DNA of 64,000 nt. It comes from Trichoplax adhaerens. Its lineage: Eukaryota > Animalia > Placozoa. The position numbers and the translations under genes were made by a program. Within the stretch, counting starts at the first letter, position 1. Every line of letters starts with the position of its first letter. The notes beneath the pieces are model-generated. The model made no database searches and was not told the origin of the DNA. It saw only the letters and a program-made list of their open reading frames with translations. The stretch is from contig NW_002060944.1 of assembly GCF_000150275.1 (NCBI RefSeq), positions 313,614 to 377,613 of the forward strand, in the 5' to 3' direction. Below, one piece after another: positions 24,301 through 36,183 of this stretch.

Positions 24301-27300
24301 AAGAGGTAATTCGATAGTATAAAATATCGCGTAAGATGCAATTCTTTACATCAATAGTTGGATTAAAGTATGATAAATTTTAAAAGTAAATGTTTGCTTT
24401 TTTCAGTGAAGAAATCATGCAAGAGACTAAAGCTGATTCCTCGAATATTACGTATGAAATATAGCAGTATTTATAAATTTCTTGTCAACTTTGTAATTTC
24501 CTGCTTATATTACGATTCTACGAAATGTAAATTTTGTCGATAGAAACGCTCAAGTTAAGGATATTCCAATTGAAGTTAATAGGTAATTTTCAAAGTATTA
24601 TGTTCGAACAAATAGATGGTTATATTACGGCTTCAGCGTGGTAATTTTCAAAGTATTATGTTCGAACAAATAGATGGTTATATTACGGCTTCAGCGTGGT
24701 AATTTTCAAAGTATTATGTTCGAACAAATAGATGGTTATATTACGGCTTCAGCGTTATTTCCTAGACATACAGGAGGAATTGCATGTTTAGTATGATAAG
24801 CTGAATGGATATGATTTGCTTATTGTAAATTATAGAGACAGAGTCCAAATCAATATGGAAGCTGCAATTAATATGGCGTAATTTATACGTTTTATAATTA
24901 TAAATTGCTGAGATAAAATAAAACTAATTCTTTGTATAATTTATATTATAGAGAAGCAAGCTTCGAAAATACTGAGAAAAGCTCATCCAATAAAACGTAA
25001 GCTATATTTTTGGGCTTATAAACTGTTACTATAAAAATACTGTTTTACTGTTTTGCATATTTTTCCTTGTAAGCTACTATGATGAAATATAAATTTAAAC
25101 GTTTTATCATCTTTAAACATAGAGAAGAAAGTATCGTAAACATTAAGGGAAATTTATCTAATGTCATGTAATTCATGTTTTTATGCTTACAATATACGCC
25201 ACTTTATATTTATATAATGCTATGTTATAGCAACGAATCTGCTTTGCTTAAGTTCTAGCGATCGAAATATCCAAGTCTTGAACGATAAGCTTGGAGCCAA
25301 TTAGTAATTTCAATCTTAATTACCTATTAAGTCCGAGCTTAACTTTAATTCTGACCAAATACAGGAATTAGGCAAACTAGAAATTAACATTTTTATAATT
25401 TATTATGTGCTAAAACAATTCTATTTTACACGGAGTAATCTTTTATGAACATAAGTGATAAAATTTTGTTCTAACAGCTAAACTGCTTTTCAATTTAATA
25501 AGACAAAGCGCATTTTTGTATTTGCGTAATGTAGTAAAGAACCTGGGCAAAGCCCTGATTTCAATTTAGCCCCTACATCGTATGTTTATTTCCGCTAGAT
25601 TGCTTTGATATTATTTTCGTTAAATTAGCTTTCACCTTCTAATAATTTCAATTTTTACAGTTCCAGTATTAATAACCGAGAAATCTTTAATAAGGAGAAG
25701 CGGTAATGATGATGAAGTCAATTAATTAGCATGTAAATTTGTTCGACTGCATTTATATAACTATTTTATCTATTACGTTATCGTAATTTCATTGTGGTAA
25801 ACAATTTACATTAAAATTTTGAATAATTTCGAAATGGCTTATAAATGACGTAAATATTTATGATTCAAAGTCACTATGGGCTTAAATTTTCATAGCCGTA
25901 TGTTAAAATTATTATCATACTTTCTTAAAAGCTGGCAAAAATCTATATAGATTGTTATTGATATCCTGGAAAATAATCGACCCTGAGATTTTCTACTGTT
26001 ATTTCAGTCCTGAACAATCTAATGATCATGACCCAAGCTATCAAAATCTTCAAGAATCGAGGTATGGAATACTCTTACGATTTTATCATACATTCTATAA
26101 CTACTCAGCAGTATTAAAATTAAATTTCGACTTGAAAAGATATCATTAATTTTCAGTTCAGTAGAAGATTCTTACTCGATAATTAAAAAATCACCTCGTT
26201 CGAAGTAAGAAATAGATAGCTGGCGGAATGTATCAAGATAATGTATATTTATCGATAGACCTTGCTTACGTAATTTATTTTTTAAATGATAACATTATGG
26301 CTTTTAGAATTGCTAGGAATGGTATAGATTCAGTGGATGATTGTTTAGCTCAAGAGCGGTAAAACATAGAATTTAGCTAGGAAATTGCTATAACAATTAC
26401 AGCTATGTACAATAGGGAGTATCGAATTTTGCTACGTATAAACTAAAACTGCACTGCCATCAATAATATCAGAACTACGGAAAATATTGATTTAATAGAA
26501 GATCCTTTAGCCCGAGAGAAGTAAGGCATGCTCTGAATATAAAGATGTCAGATCATAAATCTACTACTAGTTATAAGTATATACTACAGATTGCAATATA
26601 CTACGTAATTTATAATAACTCGTGCTGCCTATAGAGTTACGCGAGACATCAGTTTAACGGATAATTGTTCATTACAAGAGGAGTAGTTTAAACTTTGTCG
26701 AAATAACATACAATTGCAACATCCAATTGTAAATCTTGGATAAGTTTTTTAAGAGAATTTTTGATTGTTGAAGCTTAAGTCATGTCCATTATTTAGTTTT
26801 GCAGAAATGTGTGTCTGCTTAGCTGATAAACAGTCTGTGCAAGAGAGGTAAGTCAAATAAGGTTCAAGAATATAATAAAGCTATAATAAGTTCTATTACC
26901 ACGGGTAGCAGCAAATTAACTGATACAAGATCAACATTATCATCAGCTCAGAGCTGTGAAAGTTACTATCGTTTTAGTTGATAATTAATAATTAATCGGT
27001 CATGACAAGAAATATTTTTAAACAAATTTGAAGTCGTGATACGTCGGAAGAATTTTAATTATCTTTGGATAGGACTTAATGGCCATTTTCCGTACAAAAA
27101 TAAATTAAGGCCACAATTTTTAATTTTAGATCTGCAGAAGAAGGTATCGACTTGGTAGATGATGGCTCACGTCATTGGTATGATATGAAACTGTATTTTG
27201 CATTTACTGGTTTCATGGTTTTGCTTATAGAGAAGCTACATCTATGCTGGTGATATATATATATCTGATGAATAATTCATTTCTTTTTTTGGTAGTATCA

Positions 27301-28141
27301 GTTCTGGAGAAGAAGCTCTTAATTTACTGCATGATAATTCAAGCCTACTTTGGTACGGCAAACTTGTGGTTGAGAGCAATTAATTTTTGTGGATAAAGTA
27401 TTTTTAATTGAGGGCACAAAGTATCTCTAATCATTCTTTCATGCTACAGCAAAGCAATGATGAATCATCATACTGTATTATTAGTTTACAATATGTAGAA
27501 TAAAGCAAAATCTTCATTGACAATTTAAAAAAATTACACTGTTCGATAAATCTGACTATTTCTTATTTTTAATTTAGTCTATTGCGATAGTTACTACGTA
27601 TCCTATTTTAGTTTTGCTTTACTCCGCAAATGAAATTATGTTAATAAGATACAGCTAATTGTATTGTAGCTAATTTTGCGCTTTATAATTGCTAGTGACG
27701 AAAACACTCAACAGCTTCTTGACAATTCCATCAAGCAGATGTAAATATTTTCTTGTCATTATCATGAGCTGTATATTATAGATCAGGATGTATTTAGTCC
27801 TGTACTTTTAAAATCCAATGTGAAATATTTCCTTGCAGGGAAAATTCTATAGTAATAACTATGCATATTTGTTGCGATTTTATTTGCTATTAAAGTGATA
27901 AAAACAACCACACCAGGGAGAATGAGATCAAAAGTTACGAAGAAAATTCTATATATCAATCGTAAGTGAGACGATCATCAAACGGACCTGGCCGTCTATG
28001 ATGAGTATTGCTTAGTGAGCTAAGAGATCAATGAACTGGTATAAAATGAAGTTTTATAGCGAGTAATAAATTTAAATTCCTTTTTCCTGCAGTTCAGATT
28101 CTATTAAAGGAGGTAATGGTTATGCAGAGTCTATCAACTAG
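21319..28141 (+). CDS. Micro-exon array, copy B (8 duplicated proximal exons, 28 distal exons, putative terminal exon 28093-28141)
   Basis: Distal exons, approximate start(length): 22910(51), 23032(48), 23155(45), 23283(45), 23429(42), 23550(51), 23882(39), 23990, 24129, 24261, 24407 (45), 24544(39), 24836(42), 24952, 25123, 25259, 25535 (45), 25661(42), 26008(54), 26157(48), 26308(51), 26473(48), 26635(48), 26797(51), 27130(48), 27296(57), 27695(45), 27896(66). All are phase 2-2 and stop-free. Confidence 0.8.
24582..24755 (+). repeat. 58-bp perfect tandem repeat x3 in an intron
   Basis: Unit ggtaattttcaaagtattatgttcgaacaaatagatggttatattacggcttcagcgt at 24582, 24640 and 24698; single copy at ~16018 in copy A. 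Confidence 0.95.
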
Positions 28142-30310
28142 TAAAGTTGATAGAACCTTCAGCTGAATCTTCAAGCTGCTTTGAAAGACCTGTTCATCTC
28201 TTGGAAACATTTGTTTTATCGTAGAATAAGTAAAATAGATATGGATGAGTCTGAACTTAGATTCATAATAACTTAGTAATCTTTTCGCTCTAGGTTGGAT
28301 TTACAATATCATTTTTTCCTTATTGTTATGATCTATTCTTAGTTGATGCTTTGCTTTAAATTGCAATAGATTTATTAAACACTTATAATCAGTAAGCTTA
28401 GATAGATTTCCGTTTTATAAATTGAATTTGAACAAATACCATTCTCATTCTATATTAGTTTCATGCGGATTTCTACTATATTGATTACGTGATATTTTCC
28501 TTTGGAAATTGCGGTGTTACTTGTAATTCGTAATTTTGATCAATAAATATAATTGGGTACGGAACTTATATAGATTTCTCTATTTTCTTCTATTTGAATA
28601 AATTATAAATCTTTCACTTGGGATATCTTAATGTATCTTTATCTTTTCCGTGCAAAATATTCATAAAAATAAGGTATGAGTTATTTCAATATTTTAAGTA
28701 ATATATAAGACATAGAATTAAATCCGCTCGAATCTCTTAAATTTAGTAAGTAACAACACAGATAAAATGATAAACTCAAATTCTATCATGTTGCTTTGTA
28801 CCTCGATTTAATATATTGCTTCTGTACCGTAAATGGGATTATAGTAAACAGCCTAATATAAATTGTACTAATCGAACACTTATACTGGGTTACTATATTT
28901 TAAAAATAAAATTCTGTTTATTCTAATGCCGTCGAAAAATTACTAGATACATCAATTTTTAACTACTGCACGTAATTTAATCGACCAAATTTATTAAATT
29001 TTAACGATTGAAAACAGCAGTGACTTGTACAGTTAGTCATTCCATACTCCGTAATAGAGTAACAGAGTGATATATATTACATAGCTTGGTGAGGATAGTG
29101 TATCAGTCGATACACAGATTTATAATTAATTAATTGTACTATAAACTGCTGCTTGAGGGTGAACTCTAATTTTATGATTGTCTACTTAGAGATTAGTTAT
29201 CAGGCGCTTAACTTATATGAAAATAAAACTTAATTAGCTATAAAATATCCACTTAGTCGTATTTTACCATCACGTCGCGATGCAGTGTACTGCAAGTAAG
29301 CATCTAATTGTACTTTTACTGCTATCGATTAAACCTTCTATACGAAAATATTAAAATTTGAATGTATGGTTTTGCAGGATGTGTGTTCGTGAAGCCCGAT
29401 TTTTGTATGATATCTATTCGTAAGCACCGAAATATATAGGAGAATTTAGTGAGGAAAATGGAAAATACGATGGACATTGGCAGAGATCGTGTTGATTGTT
29501 AAGTAGTTGGACTGTTGTTTTATGACTAAATCTTGATGTTTAAAGGTTGATTTTTAGACTTTTATAGTGTATTAATGATAAAAATTATGTTAGAAGTGAA
29601 GTTTGATGTATTTTTATAGTTAGCTTGTTAGTTCTATAGTGTTATGTAAGGGAATCATAGGGTAAATTGTGTCTGAACTTTGAGTGATTTTTGTTTTCTT
29701 AAATGGTGCAATGTAGTTTTGTAAAACGGATCTTAAGAGCGATTGGTTAGCAAATGTTTAGTTTTAAATACCTCTGACGGCTCTACGAAGCTTGTAAATG
29801 ATAGTGCAATTAGAAAATTTAGAGGGAGAGTAGAAGAAGATTTTACTTGAAGAACTTGTTGAATTTAAAAGGCCTTCGGGGTCGAATCGTCGTAAGTTAG
29901 AACGTTCTTCTTTTTGAAAGGTTGTTTGGTCATTGACAGTTTTTAAGTCTGTCATTTATTTTAATAATACTTAAAGCTAAGTATTTGCAAGGTCGTTCGG
30001 TTTATACTTCTCTCGATTTTTGTTTTGTAATAAATTGTTGTTCGGTTATTTCCCCAAATTTTATTATGGTGTCAAAGTATTAGCGTTAAGTAGACCGTAA
30101 TGCAACGAAAGTAGAAGCAAAGTTTGTTAAAGTTTTGTAGCTTGATCTCTACACTTTTCATTTCATTACATAAGAAATTTCCTCTTAGAAAATTATGCTA
30201 TGCGTATGAGTTAAGGCTTTTTTTCATAGGAAATTCTGCAAAATACCTAAAGTATTTCAGGTATTTTGCCGAATGCCAGATTTCGCAAATTGCCGTTGAC
30301 ATATGTTAAA

Positions 30311-30951
30311 TATTGTATTTCTACTTTGCAATAGTTTTAATCTAGATTAATCTATAACGTAATCTTGAAGTTATATCACGTAACACACTTAGAGATACTA
30401 TACAACGTACGTTCGTGTTTAGTAAATAGTAGCAATAGATAATTAGAGTACATAAACAACTAGAATAATTACTTACTCTTCTCTATTCAAGCAACTTCTT
30501 ATTTCTACTGCATGGTTTTCTTCGATAGCAGACTTAGAAAAAACTATATCCGACATAGTGTCTTCTCGATCATTACCCTACGTACGTATGAATGAGTACA
30601 CATACGTATGTATAAATGTATATGTATCGAGATAAGAATTATCAGTAACGAACAGCTTTGTAAGTTGCAACAGACTTGTTATATACGTTAAGTATTAAGG
30701 AAAAGAACTAACATTTAACTGATTGCGATAATATTCTCTTGACTTTGTTAACCGATAGAATGCCAACATGAATAAACCCATGATTACCAACTGCTAGACA
30801 TAAATAAATTAATAGTACATATATAAATAATTAAGTGAATTAAAATAACATCCGATTTAGGATCAATACAGTACATTACTGTAGTAACATAATTATATTA
30901 TAGGGACTATATAAATGTATTTTTTAAGTTAAATCTGCTGATTTCCGTTTA
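30311..30951. repeat. ~640-bp direct repeat, copy 1
   Basis: Near-identical (one 2-bp indel seen) to 33024-33666. Confidence 0.95.
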
Positions 30952-31089
30952 CTTTTATTCGTGACCAAAGAGAATCTTCCGGATTATTTTTTCTAAATCC
31001 CTTATAAAATGATTTCAATGTACAAATGTAAGGCTTTATATAGTCAGCGTTTGACTAGTATAGAAAGATCATATCAAAGAAACCGCAAT

Positions 31090-31860
31090 CTAAATATAGT
31101 TATGATTCATAGTTCACAACTATTTCAGTTACAATTACGCATATATATAATGATAATTACGAAAATAGAATATTATTGAATAGTACTAGCAGAAACGATG
31201 ACATCAACACTATTTATAGTAAAGGAAAGACAATATAGATGACGTGTAAGGGAAGAATAGCAATATTGATTGGGCTGAGGTAAGGCGATATTATTAGAAC
31301 ATTATTGTATAGTGCCAGCAGAAATGATGACATCAACACTATTAATAGCGAAGGAAAAATAATATAGATGACATATGATGGGACAACAATGATATTAATT
31401 AGGGTGCGGTACAAGTAAATATATATTTATAAATATTAAGCACAAAGCAAGGTATATAGGTCAGTTATAGTTGGTGGTTGCCTTAGCATTAATTGGTAAA
31501 TATTTACAGTTGTTTAAAGTAATTGCAACTTGAATAGTCGTAGTAATACAATAGTAATACATTTAACCTACAAATATAGTCATGCTTCATGCATGATTCA
31601 GGACTATTTCAGTTGTATTTACGTAATTATGTAATGATAATTACGAAATTAGAATATTATTGATTGGTACTAGCAGAAACGATGACATCAACACTATTTA
31701 CAGTAAAGGAAAGATAATATAGATAACATGTGAGGGGGAAATAGTAATATTAATTGGGCTAAAGTAAGGCGATATTATTAAAACATTATTGTGTAGTATC
31801 AGCAGAAATGATGACATCAATACTATTTATAGTAAAGGAAAGAGAATATAAATAACAAAT
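31090..31860. repeat. Nested degenerate repeat: ~129-bp subunit x4 within two larger units ~480 bp apart
   Basis: Motif agcagaaa(c/t)gatgacatcaa(c/t)actatt(t/a)a..g..aaggaaa at ~31188, 31317, 31672 and 31801. Confidence 0.85.
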
Positions 31861-33023
31861 TTAACAGCTCGACCCGATATTAGCCCGATAACTTATTTTT
31901 GGATCAACAGTTTGTTGGCCCGCTTTTGTTAGTTGTTGTTATTGTACTAACGGGACTATCACTCACTAAGTCCATTAACAAATAAAAAAAGTACAAAATC
32001 TACGCTATTTATACTATGGGATACGTGCCACAATCATGCTGTGTGCTTAAACACCTGTTTACGTTTCAATGTTCGCATATGATAATGAAATAAAGAAATC
32101 AGTCATAATTGTCCACAAAATTTCGATATATCGTACAAAATTTTCATTATCATAGTGTCATAAACCAGCTTCGTGACAAGGATAACGTAAAATAAATCTC
32201 TAAATTACTATAATCTCCGGGATTCAGTATCCCTTAACTATCTCACAAGAATTTAGACGCCTTTGATTCTACGTTAAAACAACTATACAATTAAGAACTG
32301 CTTTACTCAACTATTTGACGGGTTTATATACCCTTCTACAGCAGCTAACATTCACAAGTCATCTTATAAAAATTCTTGGATAAGAACATCTACTAACTAG
32401 TTTTTCACAGTCGGACTACAATATGTCCATTCACAGAATCATTTCAGTACACATTACAGCACAGCAATAAATTTACTGTAACACGTTTATAATTAGAGTA
32501 ATTCTTATTATAAGTGACCAGTTGTAATATAATATCACTATATTATATTAACCAAATTTAGATATCTATTTCTTCACGGTAGTTCGTACCGTGACACATA
32601 GAAAAATATATGAGTTATTTTTATTTGTAACTAGCAATGTATAAAAAAACTCATTTAGAAAAGATAAGAGAAACTTAGTTATTCCAATAACATGAAAATA
32701 AAATACTACTAGAAATACGCGTATAATCGTAATGTATAAGGGCCAATAAACCCAAGTAGCTAGAATCTTCGTCGATAGTAGCAACTAACGCTATATCGTA
32801 CTTGACGTAAAATACATTAAAACGCACTTTGAGAGTCCAAACGTATAAGAAAAAAGTATCTAAGACCTTCCTTACTGGCCTAAATTAAAAAATTTAACAT
32901 TGCATTATCAGTTTCCTTATTAAATGTTTTTGCTTATATAACACATATTAAAACTCCTTATGAAATACAGTTAAGGCATTTTTTTCAAATATATCTATTT
33001 GTAACTACAGTAACTAACGTATA

Positions 33024-33666
33024 TATTGTATTTCTACTTTGCAATATAGTTTTAATCTAGATTAATCTATAACGTAATCTTGAAGTTATATCACGTAACA
33101 CACTTAGAGATACTATACAACGTATGTTCGTGTTTAGTAAATAGTAGCAATAGATAATTAGAGTACATAAACAACTAGAATGATTACTTACTCTTCTCTA
33201 TTCAAGCAACTTCTTATTTCTACTGCATGGTTTTCTTCGATAGCAGACTTAGAAAAAACTATATCCGACATAGTGTCTTCTCGATCATTACCCTACGTAC
33301 GTATGAATGAGTACACATACGTATGTATAAATGTATATGTATCGAGATAAGAATTATCAGTAACGAACAGCTTTGTAAGTTGCAACAGACTTGTTATATA
33401 CGTTAAGTATTAAGGAAAAGAACTAACATTTAACTGATTGCGATAATATTCTCTTGACTTTGTTAACCGATAGAATGCCAACATGAATAAACCCATGATT
33501 ACCAACTGCTAGACATAAATAAATTAATAGTACATATATAAATAATTAAGTGAATTAAAATAACATCCGATTTAGGATCAATACAGTACATTACTGTAGT
33601 AACATAATTATATTATAGGGACTATATAAATGTATTTTTTAAGTTAAATCTGCTGATTTCCGTTTA
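33024..33666. repeat. ~640-bp direct repeat, copy 2 (truncated by gap 33667-33716)
   Basis: Matches 30311-30951 and runs into the N gap. Confidence 0.95.
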
Positions 33667-33716
33667 NNNNNNNNNNNNNNNNNNNNNNNNNNNNNNNNNN
33701 NNNNNNNNNNNNNNNN

Positions 33717-34444
33717 CCGTTCTTAGTAAGCCATTGAAAAGGCAAATTGCACTGTGTAACCTTGGGATATTTCTCGAAGTTGTCATAAAAGTTGATGTAC
33801 TCGTGTGCACGACTCTTCTTCACATGGCAATTGGAATTTATCCTCTCGTTGAAGTTTCCTGAACCGTACTTCTTTTCGAGAGCGAATACAGCTTTGACCT
33901 CATACAAATAACGGCCGTAACGGAAGGCGTTGTATAAAATGAACCTATCATTTGTTTGCATCCTTTGTTCACATTCATCTATTCTCGTTTTGCAATCATC
34001 TAATGTTTTCGGTTGCACACTTAGATCAGACAGAGTCCTGATTAAACCATGAGTTGCTGGTTGCCACTTCTCATGTAACTCCTTAATAATTTCTGATTCC
34101 TGACTTCCACTGCTAGTTCTTTTTCGTTTAGTCTTTTTAATAGGCACATTGAGAAATGATATTCTGGGTATTTTAGGGATATCATCTGTGTTTATCTCCG
34201 GGAAAGCAGTTTCTAGCTTTCTCATAACTTCACTATTCATCAAGGAAACATACACATTATCGTTGTGTTTAAGACATCTTACATACAGATCTATCCAATA
34301 CTTCGCGTATCCATGTATTGCTTCATTTACGATTTTTACCATATGGTCTGTGTCGTCAGTGCCTAAATAGTTCATATTTTGAAAAACAAAAAAGCTTTCT
34401 TTAATTCTGTCATAGTCTATTAATTGAACAGAATCCATCTCCAT
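33717..34444 (-). CDS. Intronless virus/transposon-like hypothetical protein (C-terminal DUF3102-like helical region), 3' end lost in gap
   Basis: More than 240 open codons. AFRYGRYLYEVKAVF..GSGNFNERINSNCHVKKSRAHEYINFY resembles the xGxxLxxxK..G.f..w....S...A..Y pattern of DUF3102-like proteins. Basic NLS-like KKTKRKR. Adjacent to the capsid fragment. Confidence 0.6.
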
Positions 34445-34452
34445 TTGTTANA

Positions 34453-34728
34453 GTAAAGATTATTAATGTGTCCACTAACAAGTTTGGCCTCTAACTGGCT
34501 AGCTACTTCTAATGATGGAGTTACTTTAGGCATCCACATTGAAACATGTGATATTTTAAATTTTCCGTCATCAATATTACTATCTTTTAAAATGTAGTTA
34601 GCTGTGGCAGCCCTATCGAGTTGTAAAGTATGTTTAACACCTCTAAATACTGTATCGACATCTTTACAGAATCCAAATATAGAACTTAGAGGTATTAAAA
34701 GTGATATTTGTTTATCACCTGTTAATAG
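34453..34728 (-). mobile_element. Fragment of a Polinton/Maverick (adintovirus-type) double-jelly-roll major capsid protein gene
   Basis: 92 stop-free codons without ATG: LLTGDKQISLLIPLSSIFGFCKDVDTVFRGVKHTLQLDRAATANYILKDSNIDDGKFKISHVSMWMPKVTPSLEVASQLEAKLVSGHINNLY. The IPL..IFGFC.D...V..G.KH.L.L.R and I..v.w.MP.V.P motifs are characteristic of this capsid family as I recall it. Confidence 0.75.
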
Positions 34729-34944
34729 TTAATAGAAATTACTATGTGTGAATATTAGTTGTCACCTCTTTAAGTATACTATAGTGCACAGAGTCTACAA
34801 CAAGTATGATTAGGCTATTAATAAAATTACAATTAACGAGTACCTAATAAATAAAGATTAACAACTAATAAAATCTTAATTACTGAAAATAACGCTACGA
34901 TTAATTTACGGAGTCTGTACTTCGTCACAGGTATGCATTCTAGA

Positions 34945-36183
34945 CTTAGGTTCTGCAGCGAAGCAGCAGAAAGAAATAAGAAATTAAATTAGTGCTTGCG
35001 AATTTTATCCAAATGTTTTTAAAATGCTACATACATAAATTTCACTTCATCGACTACATCATTGCATACAATACCGATTGGGATCTTACCATCGTACTTA
35101 ACCAGAACATGCATCGCTTCAGTATTCATAGATTCTCTCATAAAAAATTGCCAATCACTAAAAGTCACCACAATTTCTTGCATTTTCTCCGCTGTCTTTT
35201 TTTTGAAAGTTTCAACACTACGTGGATCATATACCATTAGTTGCTGCACCACTTTCTCAACTTACTCTACGAATTGTATTTTAAATTTTAAATAATTAAG
35301 CGATTAGCGATTATATCAGCGGCACCGTTCAATTTAATTAATAAAAAGTAATTTATCATGGTAGAGCAGTGTTAACTTAAAAATAATGCAAATTCTCAAT
35401 AAATAGGTGAACAACATCTAAGTAAATTGATTCTTTGGTACTATTTCATGATTCATAACAATCAAAGATATGATCAGACTAATATCCAACGGTGATCACT
35501 CTCAAGCAAATTGTAGAACAAATGAATGATAGCAAAATGTATCCGCAACCAAGTTCATTATACGAGTTCATATTTAATCGCAGCATTTCATCTGCAAACT
35601 GCAGCAGCAGCATCAAAGGGAACCCGCAGTCATTCTAACCTCTAATGTGCCTTTGGAATCCTTTCTTTTTGAAATCCGTTTAGCATGTCCGTTGTAAAAT
35701 ACAAAATTACTTCTAGTAACGGTCACGTTGGATACATTGCCACCAATTATTGATTCATTAAAAGAATCGACCTTTGATATTACGTTCTACAATATATGTA
35801 TTGCTTAAAGCTATTACTTGAGTACTAGATAAGTTTATGTAGGCCTTTCTACTAGCACTAAAACGCCAACTGGTAAAATGCTTGCAAAGACAGATTGGCT
35901 TTCTACCTTGAAATTCAATATTACACTGAGCATTAATACTTAAAGTAAACTATCGTCCTGTGTGAAAATCTTGACCGTGATATTTCTTTTGATTACTATA
36001 CCATATCACTCAATTTATGATACAAATCGTCCACTAATTTGTATGTTACATGGCCAGAAAAAATCCGATCACCTAGAAAAAGAATTAAAGCGAGCTCTCA
36101 TTAGTTGTTAAAAAGTTAGAAACAATCCTCTCTACCTTTACATAACAATGTTTTATTTTCATGGTTACAGTATATCTTCAGTG
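34945..36183 (-). pseudogene. TPT1: TCTP-like pseudogene (intron-containing duplicate)
   Basis: Exons ~36072-36002 (DRIFSGHVTYKLVDDLYHKLSDM), ~35786-35640 (FNESIIGGNVS.., 1-nt frameshift relative to the paralog) and ~35266-35030 (FSDWQFFMRESMNTEAMHVLVKYDG). The latter exon begins with TAA where the paralog has TAC (Tyr). Confidence 0.75.

Larger units (their letters stand above)
21247..29439 (+). repeat. ~8.2-kb direct duplicate of ~12823-20734
   Basis: 21247-22556 is essentially identical to 12823-14133 (the ORF track shows the same 77-aa ORF at 13689 and 22111). 23591-29439 aligns to 15027-20734 with a few percent substitutions and indels. Confidence 0.95.

Noticed and set aside
30311-33666. 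640-bp direct repeats as the LTR pair of a retrotransposon
   Set aside because: No PBS, PPT, TSD or internal gag/pol seen, and the second copy ends at a gap.
33644-33716. C-terminus and stop of the 266-aa ORF
   Set aside because: Read across a gap into unrelated repeat sequence; the true end is unknown.
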